Source: Rhodospirillales bacterium (lineage in GTDB: Bacteria > Pseudomonadota > Alphaproteobacteria > Acetobacterales > Acetobacteraceae). Taken from it: DNA of 64,000 nucleotides. Positions within the stretch are counted from its first letter, which is position 1, and each line of letters opens with the position of its first letter. The notes beneath the pieces are model-generated. The model saw only the letters and a program-made list of their open reading frames with translations. It had not been told where the DNA came from and ran no database searches. Made by a program: the position numbers and the translations under genes. Where the stretch lies: positions 1,007-65,006 of the forward strand of contig JBEPTZ010000005.1 in the NCBI GenBank assembly GCA_041691815.1, written 5' to 3'. Below are positions 50,633 through 62,297 of this stretch, one piece after another.

Positions 50633-51673
50633 ATGATCGATGCCGAAAAGCTCGCGGCGATCCGCGCCCGCTACCCGAACGACGGCAAGGAGGAGGTCCA
50701 GGACCCCGATTTCCGCCGCGCCCAGTCGGTCGCCTTCAACACCTCCGGCCGACGACGCCTGCCCTATGGCGGGGTCTCCACCTTCCTCGACGCGCCATAC
50801 CGGCCGGATGCGCCGGATGCGGCCGATTTCGAGGGCTTGCAGGTGGCGCTGATCGGCGTGCCGATGGATCTCGCGGTGACCAACCGCGCCGGCTCCCGCC
50901 TTGGCCCGCGCGCGGTGCGCTCGGTCGAGCGGATCGGCCCGTACAACCACGCCCAGCGCGTCACCCCATCGGCCGAGTTGCGCGCCGCCGATGTCGGCGA
51001 CGTGCCGTTCCGCAGCCGCTATTCGCTGCCCGACTCGGTACAGGACATCGAAGACTTCTACACCAAGGTGCAGGCGGCCGGCGTGCTGCCGCTCAGCGTC
51101 GGCGGCGACCATTCCATTAGCTACCCGATCCTGCGCGCGCTGGGCTGCCACCGGCCGGTCGGCATGGTGCATATCGACGCCCATTGCGACACCTCCGGCG
51201 TCATGGAGGGCAGCCGCTTCCACCACGGCGGCCCGTTCCGCCAGGCGGTGCTGGACGGCGTGCTGGACCCCGAGCGTGCCATCCAGATCGGCATCCGCGG
51301 CTCGGCGGAGATGCTCTACGAATTCTCCTACGCCACCGGCATGACGGTGATCCACGCCGAGGAAGTGGACAAGATGGGCATCGCGGCGGTGATCGCCCGC
51401 GCCCGCGCGGTGATCGGCGACCAGCCGTTCTATCTGACCTTCGATGTCGACGGCATCGATCCCGCCTACACCCCCGGCACCGGCACGCCCGAGGTCGGCG
51501 GCCTGACCCCGCGCGAGGTATTGGCGATCATCCGCGGCATGCGCGGCCTGCCGATCATCGGCGGCGACGTGGTGGAGGTGGCGCCGCAATACGACGCCAG
51601 CACCGTCACCGCCCAGGTCGGCGCGCAGATGCTGTTCGAACTGTTCTGCCTGGCGGCGCTGGCCCCCAAGTGA
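50633..51673 (+). CDS. agmatinase/ureohydrolase family protein (agmatinase or guanidino-acid hydrolase)
   Basis: Arginase-family metal motifs GGDHSISYP, HIDAHCDT, SFDVDGIDP-like (TFDVDGIDPAYTPGTGTPEVGG) and DVVEVAP. Confidence 0.85.
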   Translation: MIDAEKLAAIRARYPNDGKEEVQDPDFRRAQSVAFNTSGRRRLPYGGVSTFLDAPYRPDAPDAADFEGLQVALIGVPMDLAVTNRAGSRLGPRAVRSVERIGPYNHAQRVTPSAELRAADVGDVPFRSRYSLPDSVQDIEDFYTKVQAAGVLPLSVGGDHSISYPILRALGCHRPVGMVHIDAHCDTSGVMEGSRFHHGGPFRQAVLDGVLDPERAIQIGIRGSAEMLYEFSYATGMTVIHAEEVDKMGIAAVIARARAVIGDQPFYLTFDVDGIDPAYTPGTGTPEVGGLTPREVLAIIRGMRGLPIIGGDVVEVAPQYDASTVTAQVGAQMLFELFCLAALAPK

Positions 51674-52575
51674 ATCTGCCGGCCGAAGCCGTCCATTTGC
51701 CGTTCGAGGCCGGGCCGTACCGGATGGCCATGGGGCTGCTGGCGTGCGACCCGGAGGCGCTGATCGAGCTGGATGACCGGTATCCGGAAGAGCTGCGAGA
51801 GCGCAAAAACCTGCTCGAAACGCGCAGAAATGACGTGCTTTCGGTGCTGCCGGAGGCTGCCGAAGCGGGTTTCGAGCTGCTGCAGCGCCTGGGAACGCTG
51901 CTGCCGACCCGGTTCCCGGCTTGGTTCAGCCGCGACGGTGTTATGCTGCATAACCATATCACCGACGAAACATGGAACCTCGCCGAACCGACGCTTGATC
52001 CACTCGAAATCGCCGGGCGCCTGGTGCAGGAGGACCTTTGCCTGCTGCGCCCCGGCCCGGACGGCCCGGTGCTGGTCAGCGCGGTGCTGTGTTTCCCCAG
52101 CCGCTGGCGCCTGTCGGAGAAGATCGGCCGCCCGATGGCCGCGATCCATACCCCGGTGCCGTTCTATGGCGAGCGCCTGTCCCGCCCGGTGGACCGGCTG
52201 ATGGCCACGCTGAAGCCGGGCAAGCTGGTCGAGCGGTTCAACTGGTCGGTGGTCGACGACCCCGCGCTGTTTCAGCCGGGCGGCCATGGGCGGCGGGCGC
52301 ATGACGCCACGATCACCGCCGGCAATGCCGGAACCGCGCTGTTCCTGCGGGTTGAGCGCCAGACGCTGAGCCTGTTGCCGGCCAGCTTCACGGTGCTGTT
52401 CAGCATCCGCATCCATCGCTATCCGCTGGCCCGGATTGCCGCCCAGCCGGCGGTCGCCGCCAGCCTGCGCGGCGCGGTGCAGGCGCTGCCGGCGGAGATG
52501 GCCGCCTATAAGAGCATCCTGCCGTTCCGCGCGGCGTTGCTGGCCTATCTGGCCGACCCGATCATGGCGCCGTGA
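51670..52575 (+). CDS. DUF3445-like protein (family containing the heme-dependent oxidative N-demethylase alpha subunit)
   Basis: The GTG start overlaps the upstream stop (GTGA). VQEDLCLL and LCFPSRWRLSEKIGRPMAAIHTPVP segments resemble DUF3445, from memory only. Confidence 0.55.
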   Translation: MNLPAEAVHLPFEAGPYRMAMGLLACDPEALIELDDRYPEELRERKNLLETRRNDVLSVLPEAAEAGFELLQRLGTLLPTRFPAWFSRDGVMLHNHITDETWNLAEPTLDPLEIAGRLVQEDLCLLRPGPDGPVLVSAVLCFPSRWRLSEKIGRPMAAIHTPVPFYGERLSRPVDRLMATLKPGKLVERFNWSVVDDPALFQPGGHGRRAHDATITAGNAGTALFLRVERQTLSLLPASFTVLFSIRIHRYPLARIAAQPAVAASLRGAVQALPAEMAAYKSILPFRAALLAYLADPIMAP

Positions 52576-52676
52576 CTGGCATCCTGGCGCAATCATCGCT
52601 ATAGCGCTGGCGACGATTGGATCGGCGGTGGCCCCAACTTGGCCGCTCAACCCTGAAGCTGACGGAAAACTCGGAC

Positions 52677-53636
52677 ATGGCGTTCGCGACGCAACAGCAA
52701 ACCCCCGCATCGGCGCAGCAGCCCAGCGGCCGCGCCGCCATGCCGGCGCATCTGAAGGCGCTGGAGGCGGAAAGCATCCATATCATGCGCGAGGTCGCCG
52801 GCCAGGCGCGCGCGCCTGTGCTGTTGTATTCGATCGGCAAGGACTCCACCGTACTGCTGCATCTGGCGCGCAAGGCGTTCCATCCCGGACGCCTGCCGTT
52901 TCCGCTGCAACATATCGATACGTTGTGGAAATTTCGTGACATGATCACCTTCCGCGACAACACCGCGCGCCAGCTCGGGCTCGATCTCAGGGTACACACC
53001 AACCCCGAGGGCATCCGCCGCAACATCAACCCGTTCGACAATGACAGCGTGCTGTACAACCAGATCATGAAGACCGACGCGCTGAAGCAGGCGCTGACCG
53101 AGGGCGGCTACGACGCGGCGATCGGCGGCGCCAGGCGCGACGAGGAACGCTCGCGCGCCAAGGAGCGGGTGTTCTCGGTGCGCGGTCCCGGCCATAGCTG
53201 GGACCCCAAGCGGCAGCGCCCGGAGCTGTGGAACCTGTATAACGGCCAGCTGGCGGCCGGCGAAACGCTGCGGGTGTTCCCGCTGTCGAACTGGACCGAA
53301 CTCGATGTCTGGACCTACATCCAGCACGAGGGGATGGACGTGGTGCCGCTGTATTTCGCCGCCATGCGCCCCACCGTGGAACGCAACGGCGCGCTGATCG
53401 TGGTGGATGACGCGCGGTTCCGCTTTCTCGACGGCGAGAAACCGGTGGATCGGCTGGTGCGCTTCCGTTCGCTGGGCTGCTACCCGCTGAGTGCGGCGGT
53501 GCAGTCGCCGGCGGCCAGTATCGATGACATCGTCGCCGAGATGTACACCACCCGCGAATCCGAGCGCGCCGGGCGGCTGATCGACAACGATCAGGAAGCC
53601 TCGATGGAAAAGAAGAAGCGCGAGGGGTATTTCTGA
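52677..53636 (+). CDS. cysD: sulfate adenylyltransferase subunit 2
   Basis: [31 protein letters not shown] and the C-terminus [10 protein letters not shown]. An alternative start is at 52740. Confidence 0.9.
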   Translation: MAFATQQQTPASAQQPSGRAAMPAHLKALEAESIHIMREVAGQARAPVLLYSIGKDSTVLLHLARKAFHPGRLPFPLQHIDTLWKFRDMITFRDNTARQLGLDLRVHTNPEGIRRNINPFDNDSVLYNQIMKTDALKQALTEGGYDAAIGGARRDEERSRAKERVFSVRGPGHSWDPKRQRPELWNLYNGQLAAGETLRVFPLSNWTELDVWTYIQHEGMDVVPLYFAAMRPTVERNGALIVVDDARFRFLDGEKPVDRLVRFRSLGCYPLSAAVQSPAASIDDIVAEMYTTRESERAGRLIDNDQEASMEKKKREGYF

Positions 53637-55477
53637 TGCCGGAATCGATCCTGCGGGTGCTCACCTGCGGCAGCGTGGATGACGGCAAATCGACGCTGAT
53701 CGGCCGCATGCTGTTCGAATGCGGCCGCATTCCGGACGACGTGCAGGCGGCCCTGGAGCGCGACAGCCGGCGCTACGGCACGGTCGCCGGCGGCATCGAC
53801 TATGCGCTGCTGGTCGACGGGCTGGCCGCCGAGCGCGAGCAGGGCATCACCATCGATGTCGCCTATCGCTACTTCGAGACGCCGAGCCGCCGCTTCATCC
53901 TGGCCGACACGCCGGGGCATGAGCAGTACACCCGCAACATGGTCACCGGCGCCTCCACCGCCGACCTGGCGGTGTTGCTGGTCGACGCCCGCAAGGGGCT
54001 GCTGGTGCAGACCCGCCGGCACGCCACGATCGCCTCACTGCTCGGCATCAACCAGGTGGTGCTGGCGGTCAACAAGATGGACCTGATGGGCTACGACCAA
54101 GGGGTGTTCGATGCCATCGTCGATGGCTTCCGGGCGTTCGCCGAGAAGCTCGGCGGCCTGGAGGTGACGGCGATCCCGGTCTGCGCGGTGGCTGGCGACA
54201 ATGTGATCAGCACCAGCACCAACATGCCATGGTATAGCGGCCCGGCGCTGCTGCAGGCGCTGGAGCAGGCGACGCCGCGCGCGCCGGTGGCCGAGGCGCC
54301 GCTGCGGCTGCAGGTGCAGCAGGTGATCCGCCCGGACCTGGATTTCCGCGGCTTCGCCGGCACCATCGCCAGCGGCACCGTGCGGCCGGGCATGCGGGTG
54401 ACCAACGTCACCTCGCGGGCCAGCGCCAACGTGGCGCGCATCGTAACCATGGACGGCGACCTGGCCGAGGCCGAGGCCGGCACCGCGGTGACCCTGGTGT
54501 TGGACGACGAGATCGACGTGTCGCGCGGAGACGTGCTGGCCGGGCTGCCGCTGCCGGCGACCGCCACCGAGTTGACCGCCCGGCTCTCCTGGTTCGACGA
54601 ACAGCCGCTGTTTCGCGGCCGCTCGTACCTGATGCAGATCGGGCCACGGTTGCTGACCGCGACGGTCTCGAAGATTTCCGGCCGGCTGGATGTGGACACG
54701 CTGGTCGAAGAGCCGGCCGGGGAACTGAAGTTCAACGAGATCGGCCGGGTCGGCATCGCCCTCAGCCAGCCGATTCCGTTCGAGCCGTACCGGGCGTGCC
54801 ATGAGATGGGCGGCTTCATCCTGATCGACCGGATCACCCGCAACACCGTGGCCGCCGGGCTGATCGAGGGTGCCGACCGCATCGCGTCTGACGTGCATTG
54901 GCACAAGCAGGCGGTGGACAAGACGATCCGCGGGGCGCTGAAGGGCCAACGCCCGGCGGTGTTGTGGTTCACCGGACTTTCCGGCGCCGGCAAATCGACC
55001 ATTGCCAACCTCACCGAGGCGCGGCTCGCGGTGCTGGGGCGGCACACCATCATCCTGGACGGCGATAATGTGCGCCACGGGCTGAACCGCGACCTGGGCT
55101 TCAGCGAGGCCGACCGGGTGGAGAATATCCGCCGCGTGGCCGAGGTGGCGCGGCTGTTCGTCGAGGCCGGGCTGATCGTGCTGGTGTCGTTCATCTCGCC
55201 GTATCGCGCCGAACGCACCCTGGCACGCGAACGGGTGGAGGCCGGCGAATTCATCGAGGTGTTCGTCGATACTCCGGTGGAGGAATGCGCCCGGCGCGAC
55301 CCGAAGGGGCTGTACGCCAAGGCGATGGCCGGCGAGATCCGCAACTTTACCGGCGTCGATGCGCCGTACGAGGCGCCGCAATCGCCGGAGATCCATCTCT
55401 CGACGGTTGGCACCACGCCGGAGGAACTGGCCGACCGGGTGGTGGCCGAGCTGCGCGGGCGGAGCGTCATCATCTAG
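53636..55477 (+). CDS. cysNC: bifunctional sulfate adenylyltransferase subunit 1 / adenylylsulfate kinase
   Basis: The ATG overlaps the cysD stop (TGATG). GTPase motifs [17 protein letters not shown] and NKMD are followed by the APS kinase P-loop, [14 protein letters not shown]. Confidence 0.9.
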   Translation: MPESILRVLTCGSVDDGKSTLIGRMLFECGRIPDDVQAALERDSRRYGTVAGGIDYALLVDGLAAEREQGITIDVAYRYFETPSRRFILADTPGHEQYTRNMVTGASTADLAVLLVDARKGLLVQTRRHATIASLLGINQVVLAVNKMDLMGYDQGVFDAIVDGFRAFAEKLGGLEVTAIPVCAVAGDNVISTSTNMPWYSGPALLQALEQATPRAPVAEAPLRLQVQQVIRPDLDFRGFAGTIASGTVRPGMRVTNVTSRASANVARIVTMDGDLAEAEAGTAVTLVLDDEIDVSRGDVLAGLPLPATATELTARLSWFDEQPLFRGRSYLMQIGPRLLTATVSKISGRLDVDTLVEEPAGELKFNEIGRVGIALSQPIPFEPYRACHEMGGFILIDRITRNTVAAGLIEGADRIASDVHWHKQAVDKTIRGALKGQRPAVLWFTGLSGAGKSTIANLTEARLAVLGRHTIILDGDNVRHGLNRDLGFSEADRVENIRRVAEVARLFVEAGLIVLVSFISPYRAERTLARERVEAGEFIEVFVDTPVEECARRDPKGLYAKAMAGEIRNFTGVDAPYEAPQSPEIHLSTVGTTPEELADRVVAELRGRSVII

Positions 55478-55503
55478 CCGAGCACCGGCGGCTGCGGCTT
55501 CGG

Positions 55504-56163
55504 CTATCCGTGCAGCCTGGCGATGGCCGCCGGCGGTAGCCTCAGGCAATGCACGGCGAGGCAGCCCAGTTCGCGGATGCCGCGCCGCCAGGTGCCGTCG
55601 CGGCGCCAAGTAACCGCGGCGGTGGTGGCCGGGATCGGCAGCCCGGCCAGACGCTGCCGGCCGAGCCGCCGGGCGAGATCGAGTTCGGTCAGCACTGGCA
55701 GCGGCCGCACGCCGCCCACCTCATCCAGCAGGGCGCGCGAGATCAGCAGCCCCTGTTCGGCGGCGGGCAGGCCGAAGCGGCTGCTGCGCCAGGCCAGGAA
55801 GCGCTCCAGTCGCCTCGCGCGCGGCTCGCCGGCTTCCAGCGCGAAACGGAAATAGGCGGCGCGGTTGGGCGAGCCGGCCATCACCCGGGCTGCCGCGTTC
55901 TCCCAGCCGGCGGCCAGCCTGGTGTCGGCGCGCAACAGCAGCAGCCAGTCGCCGGTTGCCGCGGCACAGCCGGCGGCAAGCCGGGCGCCGTGGCCGCCCC
56001 GCAGGATCACCACCCGCGCGCCAAGCCGCCGCGCCAAAGCGACCGTGCCGTCGGTGCTGTCGGCATCGGCGACGATCACCTCGTCGGCGGCGCCGTCGAG
56101 TGCCGCCAGGGCGGCGGGAAGCGTGGTGGCGGCGTTCAATGTCGGAATGACGACGGACAGCAT
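55504..56163 (-). CDS. glycosyltransferase family 2 protein
   Basis: MLSVVIPTLNAATTLPAALAAL ... EVIVADADSTDGT is a GT-A fold N-terminus. Confidence 0.7.
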   Translation of the reverse strand: MLSVVIPTLNAATTLPAALAALDGAADEVIVADADSTDGTVALARRLGARVVILRGGHGARLAAGCAAATGDWLLLLRADTRLAAGWENAAARVMAGSPNRAAYFRFALEAGEPRARRLERFLAWRSSRFGLPAAEQGLLISRALLDEVGGVRPLPVLTELDLARRLGRQRLAGLPIPATTAAVTWRRDGTWRRGIRELGCLAVHCLRLPPAAIARLHG

Positions 56164-56269
56164 AACGGTGATCCCCCGGGGCGCGGCTGGCGCTCATGTT
56201 CTCTTTGTGTTCTTGACACGAGTGCGCGGCTTTGGCAAGGTCAGATGAGAACGAAAGGGGACTCTGGCG

Positions 56270-57532
56270 ATGCGGGACACGCATATCGAGGACTCGCACC
56301 CACGGGAGGCAGGCGACTTCGCGCGGGAGATCGATCCCGGCGAGTTGGAGGCGCTGGAGCGTGCCGGGGAGCCGGAGCCGTTGCCGATCCACGGGCGCGC
56401 CGGGCGGGCGATGCGGGCAGGGCTGACCATTCCGACAGCGCCGACGGTTGAGGCCGCGCCGCCGCGGCGGGGGCGGGGTGCCACCAACAATCCCCCCAAC
56501 CGGTTCGAGCCGACCAACGCTGCGCCGTTCGACGATGGCTGGCAGACCCTGGCTGCGGATTTCAGCGACCTGCCGCCGCTGCCGACCACGCTGATCAAGG
56601 ATTCGTCGCGCAGCGTGATTTCCTGGAACCAGAGCCCGGATATCGGCTTCGATCGCGCGATCAATCCGTATCGCGGCTGCGAGCATGGCTGCGTCTACTG
56701 CTTTGCCAGGCCGAGTCACGCCTATCTTGGCTATTCGCCGGGGCTGGATTTCGAAACCAAGCTGGTGTTCAAGCCGGATGTGGCCGAGCTGCTGGAAAAG
56801 GAGTTGCGCAAGCCGGGCTATGTTGCGCGGCCGATCGCGCTCGGCTCCAACACCGACCCGTATCAGCCGATCGAGCGGACGTTGAAGCTGACCCGCTCGG
56901 TGCTGGAGGTGATGGAGCGGTTCGGGCACCCGGTAACCATTGTTACCAAATCCGCTGGCGTGCTGCGCGATCTTGACGTGTTGCAGCGGCTGGCGCGGCG
57001 GAACCTGGTGCGCGTGTATGTGTCGGTGACGACGCTGGACCCGACCCTGGCGCGGCGGATGGAACCGCGTGCCGCGACCCCGGCACGGCGGCTGCAAGCG
57101 ATCGCCGGGCTGACCCGCGCCGGGGTTCCGGCCGGGGTGCTGGCGGCGCCGATGATCCCGGCGCTGAACGATGCCGAGCTGGAGAAAATCCTCGAAGCCG
57201 CCTCGCGCGCCGGCGCCAGTTGGGGCGGCTACGTGATGCTGCGGCTGCCGCATGAGTTGAAGCAGATTTTCGAGGATTGGCTGCAGGCGCACTTTCCGGA
57301 TCGCGCCGGCCATGTGTTGAACCTGGTGCGCGAGGCACGCGCCGGAGCGCTGTATGACGCCAGGTTCGGGCAGCGGTTTTCCGGAACCGGGCCGTATGCC
57401 GATCTGTTGGCACGCCGCTTTCAGCGCGCCGCCAGGCAATGGGGGCTGGAGGAGCGGGCGCCGCTGGATTGCAGCCAGTTCAGCCCGCCGGCGGACGGTA
57501 AGGCGAAGACGGCGCAGTTGTCACTGTTCTGA
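56270..57532 (+). CDS. radical SAM protein (PA0069 / SplB-like family)
   Basis: RGRGATNNPPNRF and NPYRGCEHGCVYCFARP (CxxxCxxC cluster). The start is uncertain (alternative at 56411). Confidence 0.8.
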   Translation: MRDTHIEDSHPREAGDFAREIDPGELEALERAGEPEPLPIHGRAGRAMRAGLTIPTAPTVEAAPPRRGRGATNNPPNRFEPTNAAPFDDGWQTLAADFSDLPPLPTTLIKDSSRSVISWNQSPDIGFDRAINPYRGCEHGCVYCFARPSHAYLGYSPGLDFETKLVFKPDVAELLEKELRKPGYVARPIALGSNTDPYQPIERTLKLTRSVLEVMERFGHPVTIVTKSAGVLRDLDVLQRLARRNLVRVYVSVTTLDPTLARRMEPRAATPARRLQAIAGLTRAGVPAGVLAAPMIPALNDAELEKILEAASRAGASWGGYVMLRLPHELKQIFEDWLQAHFPDRAGHVLNLVREARAGALYDARFGQRFSGTGPYADLLARRFQRAARQWGLEERAPLDCSQFSPPADGKAKTAQLSLF

Positions 57533-57550
57533 ACCGGCCCGGCGACGGTG

Positions 57551-58543
57551 CTACGCGGGGTAGCAACCAGCGAGGCGCGCGCGCTCCCGCACCAGCGCCA
57601 GCACCATCTCGCAACTGGGCATCGGCTTGCCGGTCAGCACGCCGAGTTCCACCACGGCGCCCAGCAGCGCGTCGATTTCCATCGGGCGGCCGCGTTCGAG
57701 GTCCTGCAGCATCGAGGTCTTGTGCTCGCCGACCTCGGCCGCGCCGTCGATGCGTTTGTCGACGCTGATCGCGAATTTGACGCCGAGAGCTTCGGCCACC
57801 GCTTGCGCTTCGCCCATCATGGCGCGGCACAGCGCCCGCAGATCGGCGCGGCCGGTGATGCGATCGAGCGTAGAGCCGGTCAGCGCCGAGACCGGGTTGA
57901 AGCAGAGATTGCCCCACAGCTTGATCCAGATTTCGTCGCGGATGCGCGGCCGCACCGGCGCCTTCAGCCCGGCCGAGATGAGCAGCTTGCTCAGCGCCTC
58001 GACGCGTGGCGAGCGGCTGCCGTCGGGTTCGCCGAGGCTGAAACGCTCGCCGTAGATGTGCTGGATCACCCCGGGGCGCACCACTTCGGCGGCCGGATAG
58101 ACCACGCAGCCGATCGCCTGGGATGGCGGCAGGGTGGTCCATAACGTGCCGTCGGGATCGACGCTGGTCACCCGGTGGTCGCGCCAGGGTCCGTCCAGGC
58201 CGTGGAAATACCAGTATGGCACGCCGTTGACGGCGGTGATCAGCGCGGTTTGCGGCCCCATCATGCGGGCGATGGAAGGGGCGGCGGCGGGCAGGGAATG
58301 CGCTTTCAGCGTGACGATCACGTAGTCCTGCACGCCCAACTCGCCGGCGTCGGCGGTGCAGCGCGGGCGGACGGTGATGTCCTGGCCACCGTCCTTCTCG
58401 CTGGCCAGCAGGGTTACGCCGTTCTCCCGCATTGCCGCCAGATGCGGGCCGCGGGCGACGAAGGAAACGTCGGCGCCCGCCGCCGCCAGCTTCGCCCCCA
58501 TCATGCCGCCGATGGCGCCGGCGCCGAACACCGCAACCTTCAT
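57551..58543 (-). CDS. panE: 2-dehydropantoate 2-reductase
   Basis: MKVAVFGAGAIGGMMGAKLAAAGADV Rossmann motif and a KTSMLQDLERGRPMEID ApbA C-terminal motif. The ORF-track ORF 57551..58747 is a run-on. Confidence 0.8.
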   Translation of the reverse strand: MKVAVFGAGAIGGMMGAKLAAAGADVSFVARGPHLAAMRENGVTLLASEKDGGQDITVRPRCTADAGELGVQDYVIVTLKAHSLPAAAPSIARMMGPQTALITAVNGVPYWYFHGLDGPWRDHRVTSVDPDGTLWTTLPPSQAIGCVVYPAAEVVRPGVIQHIYGERFSLGEPDGSRSPRVEALSKLLISAGLKAPVRPRIRDEIWIKLWGNLCFNPVSALTGSTLDRITGRADLRALCRAMMGEAQAVAEALGVKFAISVDKRIDGAAEVGEHKTSMLQDLERGRPMEIDALLGAVVELGVLTGKPMPSCEMVLALVRERARLAGCYPA

Positions 58544-58547
58544 GGCG

Positions 58548-60095
58548 CTACTCGGTGAGGCCGAGTTTGGCGGCCAACCCGATGCGCTGCAGCTTGCCGG
58601 TGGCGCCCTTGGGGATTTCGGCCATGAACAGGATCTTGCGCGGCACCTTGAACTGCGCCAGCCGCTGGGCGGCGAAATCGCGCAGGCCGTGCTCATCGAG
58701 CGTGTGGCCCTCGCGCAGCACCACCACGGCGGCCACCTCCTCGCCAAGCTTGCTGTGCGGCATGCCGAAGGTCACCACCTGCTGCACCGCCGGGTGGTCC
58801 ATCAGCACGACATCCACCTCCAGCGGGGATATCTTTTCGCCGCCGCGGTTGATGATCTCCTTCAGGCGGCCGGTGAGGCGCAGATAGCCCTCGGCGTCCA
58901 GCGTGCCCTGGTCGCCGGTGCGGAACCAGCCATTGGTGAAGGCGCTGGCATTGGCGGTCGGGTTGTTCTCGTAGCCGGCGGTGACGTTGCGGCCGCGGAT
59001 CACCACCTCGCCGAGGTCGCCCGGCGCCAGCAGCGTGCCGGCTTCGTCCATGATGGCGACCTCGGGGCCGGCGGCGAGGCCGACCGAGCCGGCGTGATGC
59101 ACGCGCGGCGGCAGCGGGTTGCAGCACATCTGGTGCGAGGCCTCGGTCATGCCGTAGGCCTCGATCACCGGCACGGCGAACGCCGCTTCCATCGCAGTCA
59201 TCACCTGCGGCGGCAGGCTGGAGGAGGAGGAGCGGATGAAGCGCAGCCGGCTCGCCTCGATCACCGCCTTGTTGCGCCCGGCCAGCCCGAGGATCGCCTG
59301 GTGCATGGTCGGCACCGCGGTGTACCAGCTGGGCTTTGCGTCGCCGAACCAGGTGAAGAAGCGGAAGGCGTTGAAGCCGGGCGTGCAGATGGTGGACGCA
59401 CCGGCGGCCATCGAGGACAGCACGGCGGCGATCAGGCCGTGGATGTGGAACAGCGGCATGATGTTGAGGCAGGTATCGGCCGGCGTCAGCGCGAGCGTCT
59501 CGACGATATGGTAGGCCGAGGCGGTGACGTTGATGTGGCGCAACGGCACGATCTTCGGGCGCGAGGTGGTGCCGGAGGTGTGCAGCACCAGCGCCACGTC
59601 CTGCGCCTCGGCCGGGCCGGGATGCGTGGGCGTGCCGGACAGCGGCTGCTCGGGCACCAGGGTGAAGGCGCCGGCGGCGGCCGGGTCGGGCACCAGCTCG
59701 ATCACCGGGATGTTGTGCGCGGCGGCGACCTCGCGGGCCGGGCTGTCCATGCCGCGCAGGATGACCAGGGCGCGGGCGTGCAGGTCGGAGAGGTAGAACT
59801 CAAACTCGTCGCGGCGGTAGCCGGGGTTCAGCGGCGCGGTGGTGGCGGCACAGGCGACGGCGAGGAAGCTGGTGGCCATTTCCGGGCCATTCGGCAGCAC
59901 GATCGCCACCCGGTCGTTGCGGCCGATGCCCATGCGATTGAGATCGGCGACGGTGCGGGTGGCGAGCGCCCGCAGCGCGCCGTGGGTCAGCCAGGGGCGG
60001 GCGCCTTCCAGGCTCTGCGGCATGCCGATTGCCGGCGCGTCGTTCGCACCTCGCGCCAGTGCTCCGGCGATTGTGTCGGCGGCATAAACAGTCAT
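58548..60095 (-). CDS. AMP-dependent acyl-CoA synthetase/ligase
   Basis: AMP-binding motifs LHTSGTTSRPKIVPL, YGMTE, FRTGD and GEKISPLEV. I chose the start MTVYAAD, preceded by GGGGGAGG. The ORF track starts at 60131. Confidence 0.85.
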   Translation of the reverse strand: MTVYAADTIAGALARGANDAPAIGMPQSLEGARPWLTHGALRALATRTVADLNRMGIGRNDRVAIVLPNGPEMATSFLAVACAATTAPLNPGYRRDEFEFYLSDLHARALVILRGMDSPAREVAAAHNIPVIELVPDPAAAGAFTLVPEQPLSGTPTHPGPAEAQDVALVLHTSGTTSRPKIVPLRHINVTASAYHIVETLALTPADTCLNIMPLFHIHGLIAAVLSSMAAGASTICTPGFNAFRFFTWFGDAKPSWYTAVPTMHQAILGLAGRNKAVIEASRLRFIRSSSSSLPPQVMTAMEAAFAVPVIEAYGMTEASHQMCCNPLPPRVHHAGSVGLAAGPEVAIMDEAGTLLAPGDLGEVVIRGRNVTAGYENNPTANASAFTNGWFRTGDQGTLDAEGYLRLTGRLKEIINRGGEKISPLEVDVVLMDHPAVQQVVTFGMPHSKLGEEVAAVVVLREGHTLDEHGLRDFAAQRLAQFKVPRKILFMAEIPKGATGKLQRIGLAAKLGLTE

Positions 60096-60178
60096 AGCGG
60101 CCTCCCCCTCATCGTTGTCCGCTGATGGCATAGCCTTTCAGCGGCCGGTGGTGAAGGGTTCCCCTCGGCGCGGCAGGG

Positions 60179-60835
60179 TTGCTACCGTGCCGGATGCTTG
60201 AGAACGCGCGAATCGCCGCCGCCGGACGGGTGGCCGGCATCGATGAGGTCGGGCGCGGCCCGCTGGCCGGGCCGGTGCTGGCCGCCGCCGTGGTGCTGCC
60301 ACGGCCGGTGCCGCCGGCGCTGCTGATATTACTCGATGATTCCAAGAAGTTGCGGCCGGCAGCGCGCGAGGCGGCATTTGCCGCGTTGCGCGCCACGCCG
60401 GAGGTGGAGATCGGCGTCGGCGCGGCGTCGGTGGCGGAGATTCTGGCGCTGAACATCCTGGGCGCCAGCCTGCTGGCGATGCGCCGCGCGGTGCTGCGGC
60501 TGCCGGCGGCGCCCAGCCTGGCGCTGGTGGACGGCAACCGGCCGCCCTCGCTGCCCTGCGCGGTGCGTTGCATCGTCGGCGGCGACGGGCTGGAACCGGC
60601 GATTGCGGCCGCCTCGATCATCGCCAAGGTGCTGCGCGACCGGGCGATGGCGCTGCTGGATCGGCGGTATCCCGGCTATGGCTGGGCGGAGAATGCCGGC
60701 TACGGCACCGCCGCGCATCGCGCCGGACTGCACCGGCTGGGCATCACAGCACATCACCGCACCGGCTTCGGCACCGTGCGGCGGCTGGTTCTGGCCAATA
60801 TCAATGTTGACGCGGTCACGATTGACGTGGCCTGA
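60179..60835 (+). CDS. rnhB: ribonuclease HII
   Basis: [23 protein letters not shown] and DDSKKL motifs. Confidence 0.9.
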   Translation: MLPCRMLENARIAAAGRVAGIDEVGRGPLAGPVLAAAVVLPRPVPPALLILLDDSKKLRPAAREAAFAALRATPEVEIGVGAASVAEILALNILGASLLAMRRAVLRLPAAPSLALVDGNRPPSLPCAVRCIVGGDGLEPAIAAASIIAKVLRDRAMALLDRRYPGYGWAENAGYGTAAHRAGLHRLGITAHHRTGFGTVRRLVLANINVDAVTIDVA

Positions 60836-61972
<1,137 letters not shown>

Positions 61973-61989
61973 CCGATAACCCGGGAGGC

Positions 61990-62039
61990 GCGCCTGCAGC
62001 GCGCCGCGACTGCGCCGTGAACTGCGCCATCAGCGCGCC
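61990..62039. repeat. five GCGCC motifs phased at 11-12 bp downstream of ccrM
   Basis: GCGCC occurs at 61990, 62001, 62012, 62024 and 62035. The first two form a GGCGCGC-CTGCA-GCGCGCC hairpin. Confidence 0.4.
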
Positions 62040-62297
62040 ATTCGCCTCGCGCGGGTACCGTACGCGCCATCCGCTTTGCGCCTTGAGGGCGCAGTCGGAA
62101 GGCGCGAGGTATCCCTCTTCTTCAACCGACGTGCCTGCGCCCCAGATATCATGAAATAGGAAAATAGTCAAGATTCGTGCGTCACCGTTAGCCTGATGGA
62201 CCATTCTTGTTGCCGCATCATCGCCGCTCCTGGCGTGGCGGCGCTGCTGGGAGCGCTGGCTACCCTGGCGATCCCCGGGGGAGCCAGCGGCGGCCGG

